Assembly: GCA_004764695.1 (NCBI GenBank)
Contig: SMSO01000014.1
Location: forward strand, 1,111,648-1,175,647
Source of the DNA: Schizochytrium sp. TIO01
Lineage: Eukaryota > Protista > Bigyra: Labyrinthulomycetes
Direction: 5' to 3'
Length of the DNA stretch: 64,000 nucleotides
The notes beneath the pieces were generated by a model. It saw nothing but the letters and a program-made list of their open reading frames with translations. It was not told the origin of the DNA and did no database searches. The position numbers and the translations under genes were made by a program. Below are positions 62,383-64,000 of this stretch, piece after piece. Position 1 is the stretch's first letter. Each line of letters starts with the position of its first letter.

Positions 62383-64000
62383 ATGTCTAAAACTAGAGCA
62401 CTGGGTGTAAGCAGAGATTGCCCTGCATCATCACTGGAGGAATGGAGAACGGCTGTAGACCCCAAGAGTGGTCAGGCGTACTTTTACAATCGCAGGACTC
62501 GTGAAACGCGTTGGACCCCTCCCGAAGGATGGAAAGATCCTTTGGAAACATCTTCGGGTCTCGCAGCAAGCACATCTTCAGCAATCACAAAGTCAGACTC
62601 GTCATCACAAAATGAGCTGCATAAATCAGGTGTTGCACGATTGCAGTCCGCTGGCAGAGGGTCTGATCGTACTGAGAGCGAAGCTATGCAGCTCACAAAA
62701 AGCATGGTTGAAAATTTTGACATTCGAGAGGCGGTGGATCCCAAAACAGGCCGCGTTTATTTTTATGATCGCAAAACGCGTCAAGTATTTTGGACAGATC
62801 CTCGTGATCTTCTCACCAGCCCAGGGTCACAAGATGATGGAGACGGTGGCGAATATGAAAGTAGCAGTGACTTCGAGGTTGACCAGGATGTCAAAGGACA
62901 GAACAAACCAACATATGTTTCTGAAATTGCAAGGCTCCGGCTTGATGACGAACAGTTTCACGAATCGTTTGCTCGAAACCAGAACACAAAGAATGCCAAA
63001 AGTGGAAGCGAACACGATGTCGATGAAGGGATAGAGGTGGAAGACAACATCGATGAGAAAGATATGAAGTACCTTAATCGCATGGTCCAAAAGCCATCCA
63101 GCAATATGCAATACCAGTACCATCGCCAACTTCAGTATCAGAATGGTGACAACGATGAGGAAGATGCAGAACCCGATGATACTTATGAACCAGACTTTGA
63201 CGATGAGCAGCTTGATCATAGGGCCATGCAATCAAATGGGAGCGGAAAATCCTCAAATCCAGAAGACCTTGATGAAAGTGTTGATCATATTGAGGCCAGA
63301 CTCCAGGACTTACTAAGAGATGTTCACCACAATGGGGAAGATGATATCGATGAAGAGGACGATGAAGTTAATATAATTAACAAACTCAGTCATGGAACAA
63401 GAAGCAAACATGGCTTTGGTAACATGAATAATGGAGAGCACTCTCATCTTAAAATAGAAGGACAAGTCAAGCAAGATAGTCGGGTCTCTATTTCCGCATC
63501 AAGAGCAAGTCAAATGTCTGAGGCGCCAACCTCCGCACGGGATGAGGCGCCAATAGAGCAGGTTCGTTCTTCGCTCGCATTGCTAAAGCGTCGAATGAAG
63601 GTGAAAAGACCTTCGCCATCCCCTCCTGGGAGAATGAGCGCAGGTTCTTACGCAAACACAGCACGGTCTACACCTAGGCCTTCACGCTCGGCATGGACTT
63701 CTTCTCAGACTGCAGAACCTATGACTTCATCAAGCCGTACTCAAATGAACTCGCCAGAATATAATTATTCGCCGTCATCAGACTCCATAGATTCTCCAAT
63801 GTCTTCTTTCCCATCAGGCAAGAGGACTGGTCGTCAAGTATTTACTCCCTCTGCACCAGCCTCTGCTACTGGAGATCAGTGCACACGAAAGACTGGTTGC
63901 ACTTGTTTCAAATGCACCGTGGGGGCAAGCACTGCTGATTCAAATGATCTTTTCCCTTGTCGAAACTGCGGACGTAGCTTTGGTGCTAGCGCTCTAGAAA
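62383..64000 (+). CDS. Two-WW-domain protein with C2HC-type zinc finger; 3' end truncated by the window edge
   Basis: Frame is open from ATG 62383 to the window end and so is missing from the ORF track. WW1 EWRTAVDPKSGQAYFYNRRTRETRWTPP, WW2 IREAVDPKTGRVYFYDRKTRQVFWTDP, acidic linker, CTRKTGCTCFKC, then LFPCRNCGRSFGASALE (zf-C2HC start). Confidence 0.88.
   Translation, partial: MSKTRALGVSRDCPASSLEEWRTAVDPKSGQAYFYNRRTRETRWTPPEGWKDPLETSSGLAASTSSAITKSDSSSQNELHKSGVARLQSAGRGSDRTESEAMQLTKSMVENFDIREAVDPKTGRVYFYDRKTRQVFWTDPRDLLTSPGSQDDGDGGEYESSSDFEVDQDVKGQNKPTYVSEIARLRLDDEQFHESFARNQNTKNAKSGSEHDVDEGIEVEDNIDEKDMKYLNRMVQKPSSNMQYQYHRQLQYQNGDNDEEDAEPDDTYEPDFDDEQLDHRAMQSNGSGKSSNPEDLDESVDHIEARLQDLLRDVHHNGEDDIDEEDDEVNIINKLSHGTRSKHGFGNMNNGEHSHLKIEGQVKQDSRVSISASRASQMSEAPTSARDEAPIEQVRSSLALLKRRMKVKRPSPSPPGRMSAGSYANTARSTPRPSRSAWTSSQTAEPMTSSSRTQMNSPEYNYSPSSDSIDSPMSSFPSGKRTGRQVFTPSAPASATGDQCTRKTGCTCFKCTVGASTADSNDLFPCRNCGRSFGASALE

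Overview
Eukaryotic nuclear DNA. The genome is compact and mostly intronless, with short GT-AG introns (gtaagt/gtacgt donors, CTAAC-type branch points), AT-rich intergenic DNA and flagellar genes. The overall style suggests a flagellated protist, plausibly a thraustochytrid/labyrinthulomycete stramenopile; this is inference. Recognisable genes: myosin I, a 3-exon SPO16/PTD-like ERCC1-family gene, homocysteine S-methyltransferase, a divergent ferroportin, a secreted PI-PLC-X-like enzyme, Trm3/TARBP1 (broken by two frameshifts), a PH/coiled-coil protein (one frameshift), a secreted PAN/apple protein, NDUFA5, a divergent SLC25 carrier, an ankyrin protein, dynein p28/DNALI1, an EF-hand-WDR93-like gene and a WW/C2HC zinc-finger gene that runs off the window. 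The standout is a 13-exon gene at 40101-44986 whose 5' half is invisible in the ORF track. It has eleven consecutive exons of exactly 84 nt, each encoding one 28-aa RI/NLRC3-type LRR and each bounded by phase-2 introns. These are spliced to a single large exon encoding a helical/coiled-coil region, a non-RD (HCD, DFD) STK31-like kinase, a RING finger and an Rcat (RING2)-like domain. It looks like a modular, shuffle-ready LRR-kinase-ubiquitin ligase receptor, and it lies downstream of a ~12 kb gene-poor tract.
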